From a virus: a stretch of 64,000 bases of DNA. A program made the translations under genes and the position numbers. The notes beneath the pieces were generated by a model. That model saw only the letters and a program-made list of their open reading frames with translations. It had not been told where the DNA came from and made no database searches. The stretch lies in IMG/VR virus record IMGVR_UViG_3300021964_000014; one strand, written 5' to 3'. This document shows positions 1 through 11,200 of the stretch, one piece after another (position 1 is the stretch's first letter; the number at the start of each line of letters is the position of its first letter).

Positions 1-2291
1 CTAATCATACCTCCGTAATTGCCTGTAATCCCTAATTCTAAGCTTGCATAATTACTTGTTCCGCCTATTCGTAAAGCAGCTGTACCAGATGCTCCACCTG
101 CTCCTGAATCGATATTTAATTGTGTAGCTGGGGCAGTGGTTCCAATACCAACGTAGCCAGTAGCGTGCTTAATAGTTAATTCATTATTACTTGCTCCAGG
201 ATTTGTGTTTTCTCCAGGAAGAGTTCTAATATAGAAATCACCAGCTGTAACATTATTTGCGCTACCGACTAACCAACCCTTGCTATTAAATGAGTCCCAC
301 ATTCTTATCGCAGGAGCAGTAGTCCAAGATTGACCACTTCCATTTAACTCAAGTCTACCTTCTGGACTAGTAGTTCCGATTCCCACATTACCAGAAGAGT
401 TAATTGTCATATCAACAGCAGATCCTATACCGAAGTCAATTTGATTTTCACCTCTGATCCCGAAGTTGTTTGCGTTGTTATTAGGAGAAACAAATAAATG
501 GTACCCGCTTCCAATATACCCTTTTGCAGTGCTGTTATTGTTAAATCTTAAATACGGCCCATTAGCATCTGTGGAATTAAATACTGTATTTTCAGAATTA
601 TTATTTACTACTAACTTTCCATTAAGAGTAAGAGCACCGGTGAAGGTATCGCTCGTATCGCTTCTTAAGTAAGAAGATCCTTGAACACCGTCTAATAAAT
701 CAGCATCTAATCCTGAGCTTGCTCCATCGTTTCCGGCATGCCAGACTTGATTGTCATCAATATAAACCTTACCAGCAGCATCTAAATCAATTCTTAATTT
801 ATTTGCATTTGCACCAACAAACTGAATCTCATTAGGATTTGATGCCCATCGAATACCCCAAGCGTTTGCAGCTGTTCCCTCTGAAGGATAGTAATCCTCG
901 CTAATACCCCAAATGTCAGCGTCGCCATCACTACTAAGTCTAGAAAGAAAACCTCCTTGTAAAATAGGTCTATCACCTATTGATGAAGGAAAAGTTAATT
1001 GTTTTGATACAGTATCGTCGGCATCGCTTCTCACGTACTTCGAGTAAGTAGGCGGTGGATTTGCAGAACTGTAATAGTAAGAACCATGTTGTCCATCTAA
1101 CAAATCTGCATCTAATCCTGAACTTGCACCATCATTTCCTGCATGCCATACAAGACTTGTACCGTCATATATATTACCGGTTGCAATTATATCTCCTTCT
1201 ACTTTAACAACAGTACGTGTTTCCGTTCCACTTATAATAAATCCGTCATTTGAATTTCCTCCAGTTGTGGTAATGGCTCCGTCAGAATGTAAATACTGAA
1301 TTGTACCAACTTGAGAGAAATTTGAAGTTTGATCACTAAATTTTATAGTGGCTCCAACTCCATTAGTAGAAGATTTTATAAAAACTCCTGTATCATTTAT
1401 AAATTGAATATGGCCTGTTGTGCTATCATCTGCATCACTTCTTAAGAATGAAGAAGCTTGTATACCATCTACAGTATCTGCATCTAATCCTGATCCTGCT
1501 CCATCGTTACCGGCATGCCAAATCATACTACCCCCAGTAAAGTTAGCAGAAGAAGCCCAGTAGGGTTGGGTGTCTGTACCTACTCCAAAGTACCTTGTAT
1601 GTACTCCGCTAACCTCTAATGCTAATCCTACTTGATTACTAGTTGGACTAGTCCTTCTAAGTATTAACTGATCTGCAGTATTTGATTTCGCTATAACTAA
1701 TTGACCTGTGGTAGTATCATCTGCATCACTTCTCAAGTAAGAAGCTCCTTGCACACCGTCTAATAAATCTGCATCTAATCCTGAACTTGCACCATCATTT
1801 CCTGCATGCCAAATTTCATTATTTTCAATTGTAGTTGTACCACCTCGTTCGTCAAAATTAAAATTAACTGCGGCAAAATTTATATCTCCGTATGAATTAT
1901 TAGTTCTATCATATGATAAAATATAGGCCTCAGTTGAATTTGGTCCAGAAACCCCTATTTCTAATGCAGTACCAGATGCATTTGATGAATTATTATTCCA
2001 CCATCCGGTTGCTCTAATTTGTCCTAGAGCTAAAATATCTCCATTAACCGTTAAATCCCCAGATCCTAATGAAATATTTCCTGCTGTTAATGTACCTGTG
2101 AAATTACCATCCCCTAATAGGTTAAGAGACCCGGTCATATTGTGCACATCATCTGATGAATTACCAAAAGATGTACTACCACTTTCATGTAGTATAGAAG
2201 AACTTATAAACTCAGTATGAAATTCTTGAGCTGTTAGTGTTCCTGTTACTACTAATGATCCGGTTACCGCCGAGGATTGTAATTGTGCCAT
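1..2291 (-). CDS. Tail/neck fibre protein, 5' part (runs off the left edge; missing from the ORF track)
   Basis: ATG at 2291 gives MAQLQSSAVTGSLVVTGTLTAQEFHTEFISSSILHESGSTSFGNSSDDVH...; four WHAGNDGxxSGLDAD(L/T)xDG repeats and GNVGIGTTSP motifs; no stop seen before position 1. Confidence 0.9.
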   Translation of the reverse strand, partial: MAQLQSSAVTGSLVVTGTLTAQEFHTEFISSSILHESGSTSFGNSSDDVHNMTGSLNLLGDGNFTGTLTAGNISLGSGDLTVNGDILALGQIRATGWWNNNSSNASGTALEIGVSGPNSTEAYILSYDRTNNSYGDINFAAVNFNFDERGGTTTIENNEIWHAGNDGASSGLDADLLDGVQGASYLRSDADDTTTGQLVIAKSNTADQLILRRTSPTSNQVGLALEVSGVHTRYFGVGTDTQPYWASSANFTGGSMIWHAGNDGAGSGLDADTVDGIQASSFLRSDADDSTTGHIQFINDTGVFIKSSTNGVGATIKFSDQTSNFSQVGTIQYLHSDGAITTTGGNSNDGFIISGTETRTVVKVEGDIIATGNIYDGTSLVWHAGNDGASSGLDADLLDGQHGSYYYSSANPPPTYSKYVRSDADDTVSKQLTFPSSIGDRPILQGGFLSRLSSDGDADIWGISEDYYPSEGTAANAWGIRWASNPNEIQFVGANANKLRIDLDAAGKVYIDDNQVWHAGNDGASSGLDADLLDGVQGSSYLRSDTSDTFTGALTLNGKLVVNNNSENTVFNSTDANGPYLRFNNNSTAKGYIGSGYHLFVSPNNNANNFGIRGENQIDFGIGSAVDMTINSSGNVGIGTTSPEGRLELNGSGQSWTTAPAIRMWDSFNSKGWLVGSANNVTAGDFYIRTLPGENTNPGASNNELTIKHATGYVGIGTTAPATQLNIDSGAGGASGTAALRIGGTSNYASLELGITGNYGGMI
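685..1811 (-). repeat. Four copies of the fibre repeat WHAGNDG(A/S)(S/G)SGLDADxxDG
   Basis: Copies at about 703-743, 1108-1148, 1480-1521 and 1771-1811; the 1108 and 1771 copies are identical over about 40 nt (gcatctaatcctgaacttgcaccatcatttcctgcatgcca). Confidence 0.9.
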
Positions 2292-2296
2292 TTACC

Positions 2297-5200
2297 TTAC
2301 TTTTTCTTTAATATAAATATCTCTTCTTTCAACTCATTAATCTGCTTTTGCTGTTCTTGAACTGCTTTGATTAATATAGCTGTAAGTTTAGTGTATTGTA
2401 TTCCTTTTACTTCTCCGTCTTCTTCAGAAACTAAAGTTGGAATAATTTCTTTAACTTCTTCTGCTATTAAACCTATATCAGATTTACCATCTTTTTTCCA
2501 ATCAAATGATACAGGATTAAGTTTTTCTATATTTTCTAATTGAGATTCTAAAGGTTGTATATTTTCTTTGAATCTTTTTGCTGATGTTTCAGTTAATGTA
2601 CCTTCTACAAATAAGTCGTTATTTATGGTAACATTACCGGAGGTATCTATTCTAAGATGGTTTGTCGAACCATTATCAGTACTAAGATTCATATCAATAG
2701 CATTAGCTATGATATTTAAATCTCCACCGGCTCTAGTTATCCTACTATTACTTGAGATGTAAAGTCCGGCTTCACCGGAACCGTTAGAACGTAAATATAT
2801 CGCTGCTCCAGTAGCTCCATCATCTAAGTATATTCTTGAATCTGCCGAACTTCCTCTAACATCTAATTCATAAGAAGGACTAGTAGTTCCGATTCCTACG
2901 TTTCCTCCTTGATTAAAATAAGTATGTCTTGTTGAACCACTTCTTGAATCTATATTTACTACAGTAGTTCCAGCTTGATTTATTAATCTCAATAAAGAAC
3001 CTGCGTCTGTGCCAGTAGTTCCGTAATTGTCAACTCTAAATGTTAGTTCTTCTGCGTTAGGATGTGAAACATATAAGTTTTCTTTAACTTCTAATTTAGC
3101 AGCAGGGTCATCAATTCCAATTCCTACGTTTTGATCATGATCAATATACATAGCCCTATTTAAAGTGCCATTGGTATTAGTCCAAAAAGATAGAGCTCCT
3201 TCATTTTCCAATCCACCATCACCTGGATTATCATTAACCCAAGAAATTCTAGCCCACTCATAATTACTGTTGCTGTCTGTCCCCCACATTGAAATATGAC
3301 CTTCAGTACTAGCTTTGATATCTCCTACACTATCTAATCTTTGAAGCTTTAATACTTCAACTGATGATTGACCAGAAGTCATTGCGGTTGTGTCTGCTAC
3401 GTGTAATTTAGCATCAGGCGAAGTTGTCCCAATTCCTACGTTTCCTGCAAAAGTTGCACTTGAACTATCTAATGAAAATTCAGTAGTGCCGTTGACATCA
3501 AACTCATACTTGCCATTAGATGATGCAATGTTAAATGTATGTAAAGCATGAGCCGAAACATTAGTGCCACTTGTAATTGATAATCTTCTTATATCACCAG
3601 AACCACCCTCAAAATATTTTCCCTCACTAGAAAGGTTTACATCTATTTCACCACCAGCAGTAATTCCACCAGCAAAAGTTGCATTTTGTGAAGCATCAAG
3701 TGTTAATCCAACTGTGTTAGCTGTAAGTAATTTTAAGCTATCACCTTGAACATTAATTCCTACACCATTATCAGTTGAATTATTATCTTGAATAGCTAAA
3801 AATGCACCAGCATCAGTTGAAATAAATTTACCTACCCTATCATAAGGTGTTGTAACTTTAAATGTTTCTGTGCCTACTGATTGTGTAATTACTAAACTAC
3901 CATCACTTAACGTAACATCTCCTGCAAAAGTTGCATTGTTACCAGAAATCGCAATAGGAGCGTCTGTAAGTGTATCTGAATCAGACCACATTGCAAGATC
4001 GTTAGCTGTTCCTGAACCATCTAAATCATTTCCTACTATCGTAGCAAGTGATGCTGAGATTGAACCCCAGTTGTTAATGTATATGTCTGATCCTGATATA
4101 TCATTTGCAAAATATGCATCATTATTAGATTTGATCCCCCATATTAAACTACTATTAGAATTGGTCTGTTCAACTGCTTGGTTAGTCCCTCCTCCGTTAT
4201 TTCCTAATACTAATTGGTATAAATACCCAGTCGCAAAAGGAGAATCTGTAGGAAGTGTTATACTGCCTCTATTATTAGAATAAAATTCCATAATAGGTTT
4301 AGAGTAAGCTCCTTGTGCATGAGGATTATATCCACCACTGCCACTTGCGTATACTGCCTGGTAACCTTTAAAATATCCGTATGTAGCTACTGAAGCTGTA
4401 GATCCATCTGTTAATATAGGTCCATGGTGAGAAATATATTCGTTACCTGTTGATAAGTCAGATGTGCCTAAATTAATTCCTGATTTTTGTAAGAACCCAC
4501 CATCTTGTATAATAGTGCTGCTAACATCAAGTTTCTGTCTAGGAGAAGTTGTTCCTATTCCGACGTTTCCTGAACCATCTATTGTTACATTTGCTGTTCC
4601 ACCATCTCTAAATCTTATAGGAATACCACTTGGAGCATTAAAATTAAATGCACCACCAACCATATTAATATATCCAGTTTGAGAATTTGCACTTCTTATA
4701 ACACCTATACCACTATCAAAACTACTATCTTGTGAATCTTTTACTGTTAATCTTAATGAAGGCGAAATCGTGCCGATTCCTACGTTGCCATCACTTGCAA
4801 TATACATTTTAGTATTAGCAGCGTGTACACCGCCAATACCGAACTGAATGTTTCCTCCAGTATCTTGGTTGGTAATATAAAATCCCCCTCTGTTACCAGC
4901 TAAACCGTATGCACTTAGATGAACGTGATTTGCAGAAACAGCAGGATTACCGGTATCCACCCCAACAACACGTACTCTATTTTCAAATGATCCGTCACCA
5001 GTTACTTGCAGCTTGAATCCTGGACTAGTATTCCCGATACCGACGTTGCCTGAACTGTTAATCATCATTTTAGAATCACTCAGAGTCATATCTGAGTTGT
5101 CTAAGGTGTTATTATTTAAGAAATGAAGCTCTCCAGTACCGTAAGTACCAGTTCTTTTTAAAGCCAAACCTGCTTTTGTTGCTCCATTTGATGCTATAAA

Positions 5201-7999
5201 GCCTGATAGTCCTATTGCTGTATATTCATTTTGGTCATTTGCACTACCAAAAGATGCTACAATTTCGCTATTTGTTGAACTTCCGTATGCTGTAAGTCTG
5301 TAGCTAGGACTAGTAGTCCCTATACCGACGTTGCCGCCAGCTAGAATAGTCATTTTGTCAGTATTGTTAGTTCTAAAAAAGAAACTACCATTTGACATGT
5401 TTGACAAATAAGCATGATCACCTAAAAACTGTAAAAAACCAACATTAGTTCCATTTTCAACCCATCTGATAAAAGGGTTTGAATCTGCTTCAATTTTTAA
5501 AACTTCTGAATTTGTAGCACCCTCAATATGTAAAGGTGCAGTTGGCGTAGTCGTGCCTATTCCAACGTTGCCTGATGAATTAATCATCATTGGATAAGTA
5601 GATTGACCTACATTTTGAAAGTATAAAGAATCTGTATTCGTATATATGTTAAACTCACCGGTTGCTGAGGTGGTTCTTTTTAAAGTCAGTTGAGTATTAG
5701 AAGCACTTCTAGTTATAGAAACTCCTCCTGTTGAATCTACCCCTCCTACAGTAATCGCATTTGTTGTGGAAGAACCGTTTCCTGTTACATAATCTAATGT
5801 AAAATCAGTAGCATGTTTACTATCTACTGTATCTGCATTTGTAGCACTAGCTACAGTTCCGTCTATATTAGCAGCAGCCACGTATGATGCAGTAGCAGCT
5901 GTACCTGTTGTATCTTGATTCCAAGTTGGGGTAGTACCAGTTAATCCTGAGTAAGGCACAGATGAGGCTGATAAAGCATTATCCGCATATTCTGCATGAG
6001 AAGCAGAAACTAAACCGGTTAAATTACTTCCGTCTCCATGAAATGCTGAAGCAGAAACTATACCTACTACGTGTAGAGGATGTAAAGGTGAGGTTGTTCC
6101 AATACCTACCTTACCGTCTACGATTACATTATGTTTTGTAGTTCCTCCTCCAGTTCTATCTAAAAATCTTGTATAAAATTGTGCTGTTCCAGATCCTGGA
6201 GCAGTGGAAGGAGTAATAGTTAACGTCCCGTTTCCTAATACTGTAGATGGTGTTGAATCAAAAATTACTCTTTGATAAGCTGTGGTATTACCTAGAAGTA
6301 GGGAACCAGCGCTATCTATTTTCATTCTCTCTGTTCCTCCAGTACTTCTAAATATCCAACTATCTGGGCTGGTTAAGTATATATGAGTAGATCCTCTGTA
6401 ATCGTCGGCTAGTACCGCTCCATTTACCTCGAGCTTTTGACTTGGAGTAGTTGTTCCAATACCTACGTTACCACTATTATCTATCCTGGCATATTCAGAT
6501 CCAGAAACCCAAAATCCAATATGACCATTTCCACTATTGTTATCTTTAATTCTTATACGTGCCCAATTATCAACGTAACTAGATCCAGAAACACCAGCTT
6601 TTAAATCTAAATGACTATTATACTGGTAGGATGTCACCGTAGCATTGAATGAGTTATCAGTGTAGAGCTTTAATTTACCGTTACCAGTTGTTTCTCCTGT
6701 GTTCCCAATATGAATTTGATTACCATTCGCTACAGTGTTAAGTTTTATACTCCCAGTAAATTCATGAGTATCATCAGAAGTATCTCCAAACTTGGTTGAA
6801 CCGCTTTCGTATATAATAGATGCACTAACAAATTCCGTATGGAATTCCTGTGCTGTCAACGTACCTGTTACAGTTAAATTACCTGTTAATGTATCTGTTG
6901 TATTAAGCAAATACGAACCGGTAGCACCATTAAGTGACGAGATACTACTTTCGTTAGTTTTTACTCTACCTGCTATAGAACCTGAAAAACTTGTAATAGA
7001 TCCTGAAATATCGGATGCTATTTGAGCTGAACCGGATAATAGGTTCTTATTTTCTAATACATCTAAATCTGTTGTTAATGTAGATAGTGAAGCTGATACT
7101 GAGTTCCATCCATTTATATATGTATCTGATCCTGATATAACTCCATTAACGTGTAGAGGGTGTAATGGTGATGTTGTACCGATACCTACTCTACTATTTG
7201 CTATATCTACATGAATAGTGCCGTCTGCTACTGCTTGATTTGAAGCATTACCAACAAACAATCTACCTTCATTTAAGTTAGGTGTTGCATTAGTTCTACC
7301 TGCTCCTGATATTTTTATCGAACCAGCAGCATTATCTACTCTGGTTACTTTTGCTATTTTTTGTATTAACGATGATTCACCTGTAGGTGCAGTTGCTGTT
7401 AATTCTCCAGCTGAAGATGAAACATATAATTCGTCTCCTATTGTGAATCCTGAGGTATCTAAACCTGTTAATGTACCAACGGTGTAAATATCGATAGGAT
7501 TATTTAAAGAAGCAGCTGCTGCTGCTACACCGAACGCAGGCATTTTATTTGCATCGTCTGCATCTGCTTTTGATACTACTGTAGTATTTCCTGATATGCC
7601 AGAAATGTAGACTACGTCTCCTTTTGATAATGCTTCTCCTGCTTGTGCTTTGAATAAAACAGCTCCTCTTATATCTCCTATAAATTCTTCTGCTTCTACA
7701 TTACCAACTACTTCTAATTTTTCACCGGGTGAAGAGGTACCTATACCTACATTAGTACCATCATCGAATATAACAGAATCGGTTAACGTATCTGAATCTA
7801 ACCATTTAGATATGTAGTTTGTAGTTCCTGTACCGTCAAGGTCGTTAGAAGTAATAGTTACTAAAGAAGCTGATACTGATCCCCAATCATCGATAAACAC
7901 ATCAGATGATGTAACGTCTGTAGATACGTTTAAAGATCCAGTAATTTCAGAGGAAGCAAGGGATTTATACCCCTTCCTGATTATAAATTCGTTGGCCAT
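2297..7999 (-). CDS. Long fibre protein (1900 aa) with about 12 xxVGIGTxxP repeats and a C-terminal peptidase S74 intramolecular chaperone
   Basis: GNVGIGTTSP repeats; C-terminus TETSAKRFKENI...LNPVSFDWK...IGLIAEEV...YTKLTAILIKAVQE plus coiled coil. Confidence 0.9.
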   Translation of the reverse strand: MANEFIIRKGYKSLASSEITGSLNVSTDVTSSDVFIDDWGSVSASLVTITSNDLDGTGTTNYISKWLDSDTLTDSVIFDDGTNVGIGTSSPGEKLEVVGNVEAEEFIGDIRGAVLFKAQAGEALSKGDVVYISGISGNTTVVSKADADDANKMPAFGVAAAAASLNNPIDIYTVGTLTGLDTSGFTIGDELYVSSSAGELTATAPTGESSLIQKIAKVTRVDNAAGSIKISGAGRTNATPNLNEGRLFVGNASNQAVADGTIHVDIANSRVGIGTTSPLHPLHVNGVISGSDTYINGWNSVSASLSTLTTDLDVLENKNLLSGSAQIASDISGSITSFSGSIAGRVKTNESSISSLNGATGSYLLNTTDTLTGNLTVTGTLTAQEFHTEFVSASIIYESGSTKFGDTSDDTHEFTGSIKLNTVANGNQIHIGNTGETTGNGKLKLYTDNSFNATVTSYQYNSHLDLKAGVSGSSYVDNWARIRIKDNNSGNGHIGFWVSGSEYARIDNSGNVGIGTTTPSQKLEVNGAVLADDYRGSTHIYLTSPDSWIFRSTGGTERMKIDSAGSLLLGNTTAYQRVIFDSTPSTVLGNGTLTITPSTAPGSGTAQFYTRFLDRTGGGTTKHNVIVDGKVGIGTTSPLHPLHVVGIVSASAFHGDGSNLTGLVSASHAEYADNALSASSVPYSGLTGTTPTWNQDTTGTAATASYVAAANIDGTVASATNADTVDSKHATDFTLDYVTGNGSSTTNAITVGGVDSTGGVSITRSASNTQLTLKRTTSATGEFNIYTNTDSLYFQNVGQSTYPMMINSSGNVGIGTTTPTAPLHIEGATNSEVLKIEADSNPFIRWVENGTNVGFLQFLGDHAYLSNMSNGSFFFRTNNTDKMTILAGGNVGIGTTSPSYRLTAYGSSTNSEIVASFGSANDQNEYTAIGLSGFIASNGATKAGLALKRTGTYGTGELHFLNNNTLDNSDMTLSDSKMMINSSGNVGIGNTSPGFKLQVTGDGSFENRVRVVGVDTGNPAVSANHVHLSAYGLAGNRGGFYITNQDTGGNIQFGIGGVHAANTKMYIASDGNVGIGTISPSLRLTVKDSQDSSFDSGIGVIRSANSQTGYINMVGGAFNFNAPSGIPIRFRDGGTANVTIDGSGNVGIGTTSPRQKLDVSSTIIQDGGFLQKSGINLGTSDLSTGNEYISHHGPILTDGSTASVATYGYFKGYQAVYASGSGGYNPHAQGAYSKPIMEFYSNNRGSITLPTDSPFATGYLYQLVLGNNGGGTNQAVEQTNSNSSLIWGIKSNNDAYFANDISGSDIYINNWGSISASLATIVGNDLDGSGTANDLAMWSDSDTLTDAPIAISGNNATFAGDVTLSDGSLVITQSVGTETFKVTTPYDRVGKFISTDAGAFLAIQDNNSTDNGVGINVQGDSLKLLTANTVGLTLDASQNATFAGGITAGGEIDVNLSSEGKYFEGGSGDIRRLSITSGTNVSAHALHTFNIASSNGKYEFDVNGTTEFSLDSSSATFAGNVGIGTTSPDAKLHVADTTAMTSGQSSVEVLKLQRLDSVGDIKASTEGHISMWGTDSNSNYEWARISWVNDNPGDGGLENEGALSFWTNTNGTLNRAMYIDHDQNVGIGIDDPAAKLEVKENLYVSHPNAEELTFRVDNYGTTGTDAGSLLRLINQAGTTVVNIDSRSGSTRHTYFNQGGNVGIGTTSPSYELDVRGSSADSRIYLDDGATGAAIYLRSNGSGEAGLYISSNSRITRAGGDLNIIANAIDMNLSTDNGSTNHLRIDTSGNVTINNDLFVEGTLTETSAKRFKENIQPLESQLENIEKLNPVSFDWKKDGKSDIGLIAEEVKEIIPTLVSEEDGEVKGIQYTKLTAILIKAVQEQQKQINELKEEIFILKKK
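2312..2320 (-). promoter_or_regulatory. Putative late promoter (ATATTTATA) embedded in the 3' end of the upstream fibre gene
   Basis: Same motif as before about 10 other structural genes; about 20 nt upstream of ATG 2291. Confidence 0.5.
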
Positions 8000-8000
8000 A

Positions 8001-8038
8001 ATAGATTCCTTTTTTCACTGTCCAAAAGGTGATTCTAT
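8001..8038 (-). promoter_or_regulatory. 5' leader hairpin of the 1900 aa fibre gene
   Basis: Minus strand AUAGA-AUCA-CCUUUU-[GGACAGUGAA]-AAAAGG-AA-UCUAU-U-AUG; the stem ends 1 nt before the start codon. Confidence 0.6.
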
Positions 8039-8047
8039 AATAAATAG
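8036..8047 (-). promoter_or_regulatory. Putative late promoter CTATTTATTATA
   Basis: Recurrent intergenic motif upstream of structural genes. Confidence 0.65.
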
Positions 8048-8061
8048 CGTGAAAAGATTGT

Positions 8062-8235
8062 TTAAACCTCTACTATTTTATATTGGCGAGAATTATCGGC
8101 TGTAGTTAATGCATCCACTCTAGTTTGAGCTTCTGCTTCAGTGTCATATACATCTACTGTATCACTATCAGATAGTTTTTCTACCCAGACTGTGGCTGAT
8201 TGAGGATTAAATTGTTTTAGGACTTTGTATGGCAT
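8062..8235 (-). CDS. Small hypothetical protein (57 aa), possible fibre accessory; not in ORF track
   Basis: MPYKVLKQFNPQSATVWVEKLSDSDTVDVYDTEAEAQTRVDALTTADNSRQYKIVEV*; starts 1 nt after the stop of the 1389 aa fibre. Confidence 0.8.
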   Translation of the reverse strand: MPYKVLKQFNPQSATVWVEKLSDSDTVDVYDTEAEAQTRVDALTTADNSRQYKIVEV

Positions 8236-8236
8236 T

Positions 8237-11200
8237 TTACTTAATTTGTTTTTTTAATTCTTCTATTTCTGCTTTTAACTCTTTAATACCTTCAACTAAT
8301 AGTGGTATTAATTTTGCGTAATCAACAGAAAGATATTCTTCATTAACCTCTGGATCGTTACTAATCGGTGCTTTAGATACCGCTTCAGGTAAAACTTCTT
8401 GTACTTCCTGTGCTGAAAGACCAATTCTTTTTTCTTTCTTGTATCCTAGTTCTAATGCTTTTTCGTTTGGTTCATAGTAGAAACCATTAAGTAACTTTAT
8501 TTTACCTATAGCACCAGTAATATCTCCAAGCTTAGTTTTTAAACGCATATCAGAATAGTATGCTACTACGTCTCCTGTTACATTCATAGTACCGCTCAAG
8601 TACCCGCCACCGCCTCTATTTACATGGAATAAATCTGAGGTAATATTAGATGATTTAACTTGAAAAGCTTTTGAAGGGTCGGAAGAAGATGTATCTGCTT
8701 CAACTACAAATCTACCTTTTACTCTAACGTGGTCAGAAGAACCTGCACCATCATTTTGTGCACTTAAAAGAAGAACTGATCTTTCACCGGCAGTAACTCC
8801 TGCTTCAGGATAATCTTCATCAAATACTATATATCCGAAATCTGAAGGTGCATTTCCAATAGACTTAAATAGTATTGCTGTTGCTCCATCATCTCCGGCT
8901 GGTTCTAATGCCAATGCTACATTACCGTCATAGTCCCAGTAGGCTCCTCTGTCAGAACCATCATAATCCTGTGCTTGACCTTTAAGTACAACAGCTCCAT
9001 GGAATATTGAAGTATTAGCTACTCCATAACCTACATTAATAGCTCCATAAGTAGAAAGTCCTTTATCTGGTGTGTCTGTCTGTCCTTGACCCCAACCAGA
9101 TGGATGACCAATTCCTACTTTATTATAAAGGTGTATATACTCATTAGTAAACCTACCCCTAATACCATATAAACGAATAGATTCACTTGCGTTAAAATCT
9201 AATCTACCTCCTACAGTATCATCGGCATCACTTCGTATGAATTGAGATGAGTCTATACCGTCAAGTAGGTTGGAGTCTGCTGCTTTACCTGTTGTAGTTA
9301 AGTATGATGCAGGATTAAAATTACCATTGTGCCACAGTTTTCTCCAATCTCTCCAAGTAGAACCATCAGTTCTAACTCTAGCATAAAAATCTGTACCGTT
9401 ATAATGTGCGCCTAGTTGTAAAACAGACGCACTACCTCCAGTAAATGAAGTAAATAAGTGTGCTGACGCACCTGTATAACTTATTGATCTTGATCCGTTT
9501 TCTGCTATCTGAGTTTCGGTGTGAGCGTTATCAAAAGGGTCACTATTATTACCTCCTGCTGTGGTTGTTACATTAATACTACCTCTATTTAAAAATACAG
9601 TACTGGCTAATCTATCATTAGATAATGTACCTGAGTTTATTTCACTTGCTGAGTGATTATGTGAAGATGGTGAAAAAGTCGAAGGTTTAGCTAAAACAGT
9701 ATCCCAATGCGGTCCCCATTGTCCGGTTGTATTGACATCTTTTTCTTTAGTCCATCCTACACCCTGTAGGTGTACTCTGCCGGATCTATTAGTAATTCTA
9801 ATAGCAGTAAGTCCATCAAGTCCGGATATCTTAATAATTTCTTGACCATCATGTCCTCCTCCATGGTCACTATTTTCTACGTTTTGATAAGAAGTATACC
9901 TTCCCCTTAGTACCAGATCTCCGTCGCTTTCAACTGCGTAGACATCAAAGTAACCTCCGGAGGTCCATCTTAGCTGTCCTATATAAGCAGTTTTCATACC
10001 GCTTGGAACATTATACTGTACGTAATTTCCGTTTCCGGCATCATTATAAGCATAAGCATCTCCTATCTTATAATTTCCCCATGAGCCGTTTTCGCCTGAA
10101 TTCCAAGTACCGGAAGAACTATTCCAATCATTAGCATTAGTGACAGCGGCGTAATCAGTTCTACAAAATCTATCATCGGATTCTGATTCAGTATAGTACC
10201 TGTCATCGTGGGTATGAGAAGAGGCTGCGTATACACTATTTAATGTAGAGCTATAATTTCCTGATGTTAGTATGGTATTACTATTGTGCTTTAGGTTACT
10301 AGATGCATTAGTCTTAAATGCAATACCGTCGTTCGAATCATTTTGAGATTCTATAACTAATACAGATCCGGCGAAGCCTTCAGCATTTGTAGTATGGTAT
10401 ATGGTAGCGTTATCTGAAAAGTCTGTTGCTGTTTCTTTATCAAATCCGGTAAATTTTATTGCTCTTGTCTGATTAGTTGTTGTTGGGTCTCCTTCTAATA
10501 TAAGGTCACCAAATAAACTAAGTTCTCCTTGGACTGCTTCTGTAACGTCGATAACAGTACAGCTTGCTAAATACCAAGTAAATGTAGAACCTCCGCCTGA
10601 AACATAAACGTGACCACCACTAGAAAATGTTCCACTGTCACCACAATGTGATACTCTAGCATACCATTCCCATTTACCTGTACCGGCAGTATTTGTTAAC
10701 CAGTAAGATGTATTATTTGATCCTTGGGCGTTTTCAGCTATAACTAGACTTCTTCCAGAATCTAATTTAGCTTGAAATATCTGAACAAATGTATGGTTAT
10801 CTTGAGATGGAATACTATGTATAAAACCACCATGACCAGGAGACGTTGAATTACCGTTGTGTACTATTTTGAGAACTACCCCAGTACTGTTAGGAGCTGA
10901 TTGTTCTAAAGTTACTGAATCAGCTTCTCTTGTAATAACAACTCCATCTCCCCCTGCGTTATTGTACACACCTACGCCGTTACTGCCGTCTCTAAATTCT
11001 TCATCAGGGTAAAGTCTTCTACCGCTACCTCTTATGGAAGAAACTATAGGGTTCCAAGGTCCTCTTTCTGTAGAGTTGCTAGGTAAGTCGAGGACTTTTT
11101 TACCGTCAATATTTAAAACACTTAAATTTCCACCGGCGACTGCATTATCTACATATGTTTTATTTGCAGCATCGGTTGACGCACTTACAGTATCTACTCC

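Noticed and set aside
794-976. 60 aa minus-strand ORF
   Set aside because: Out-of-frame inside the partial fibre gene 1-2291
685-1811. Spaced ~40 nt repeats as a possible CRISPR array
   Set aside because: Spacing is 290-400 nt, variation falls at codon third positions, and the repeats are in-frame protein motifs; no cas genes (the 48519-49301 nuclease is an ordinary phage exonuclease)
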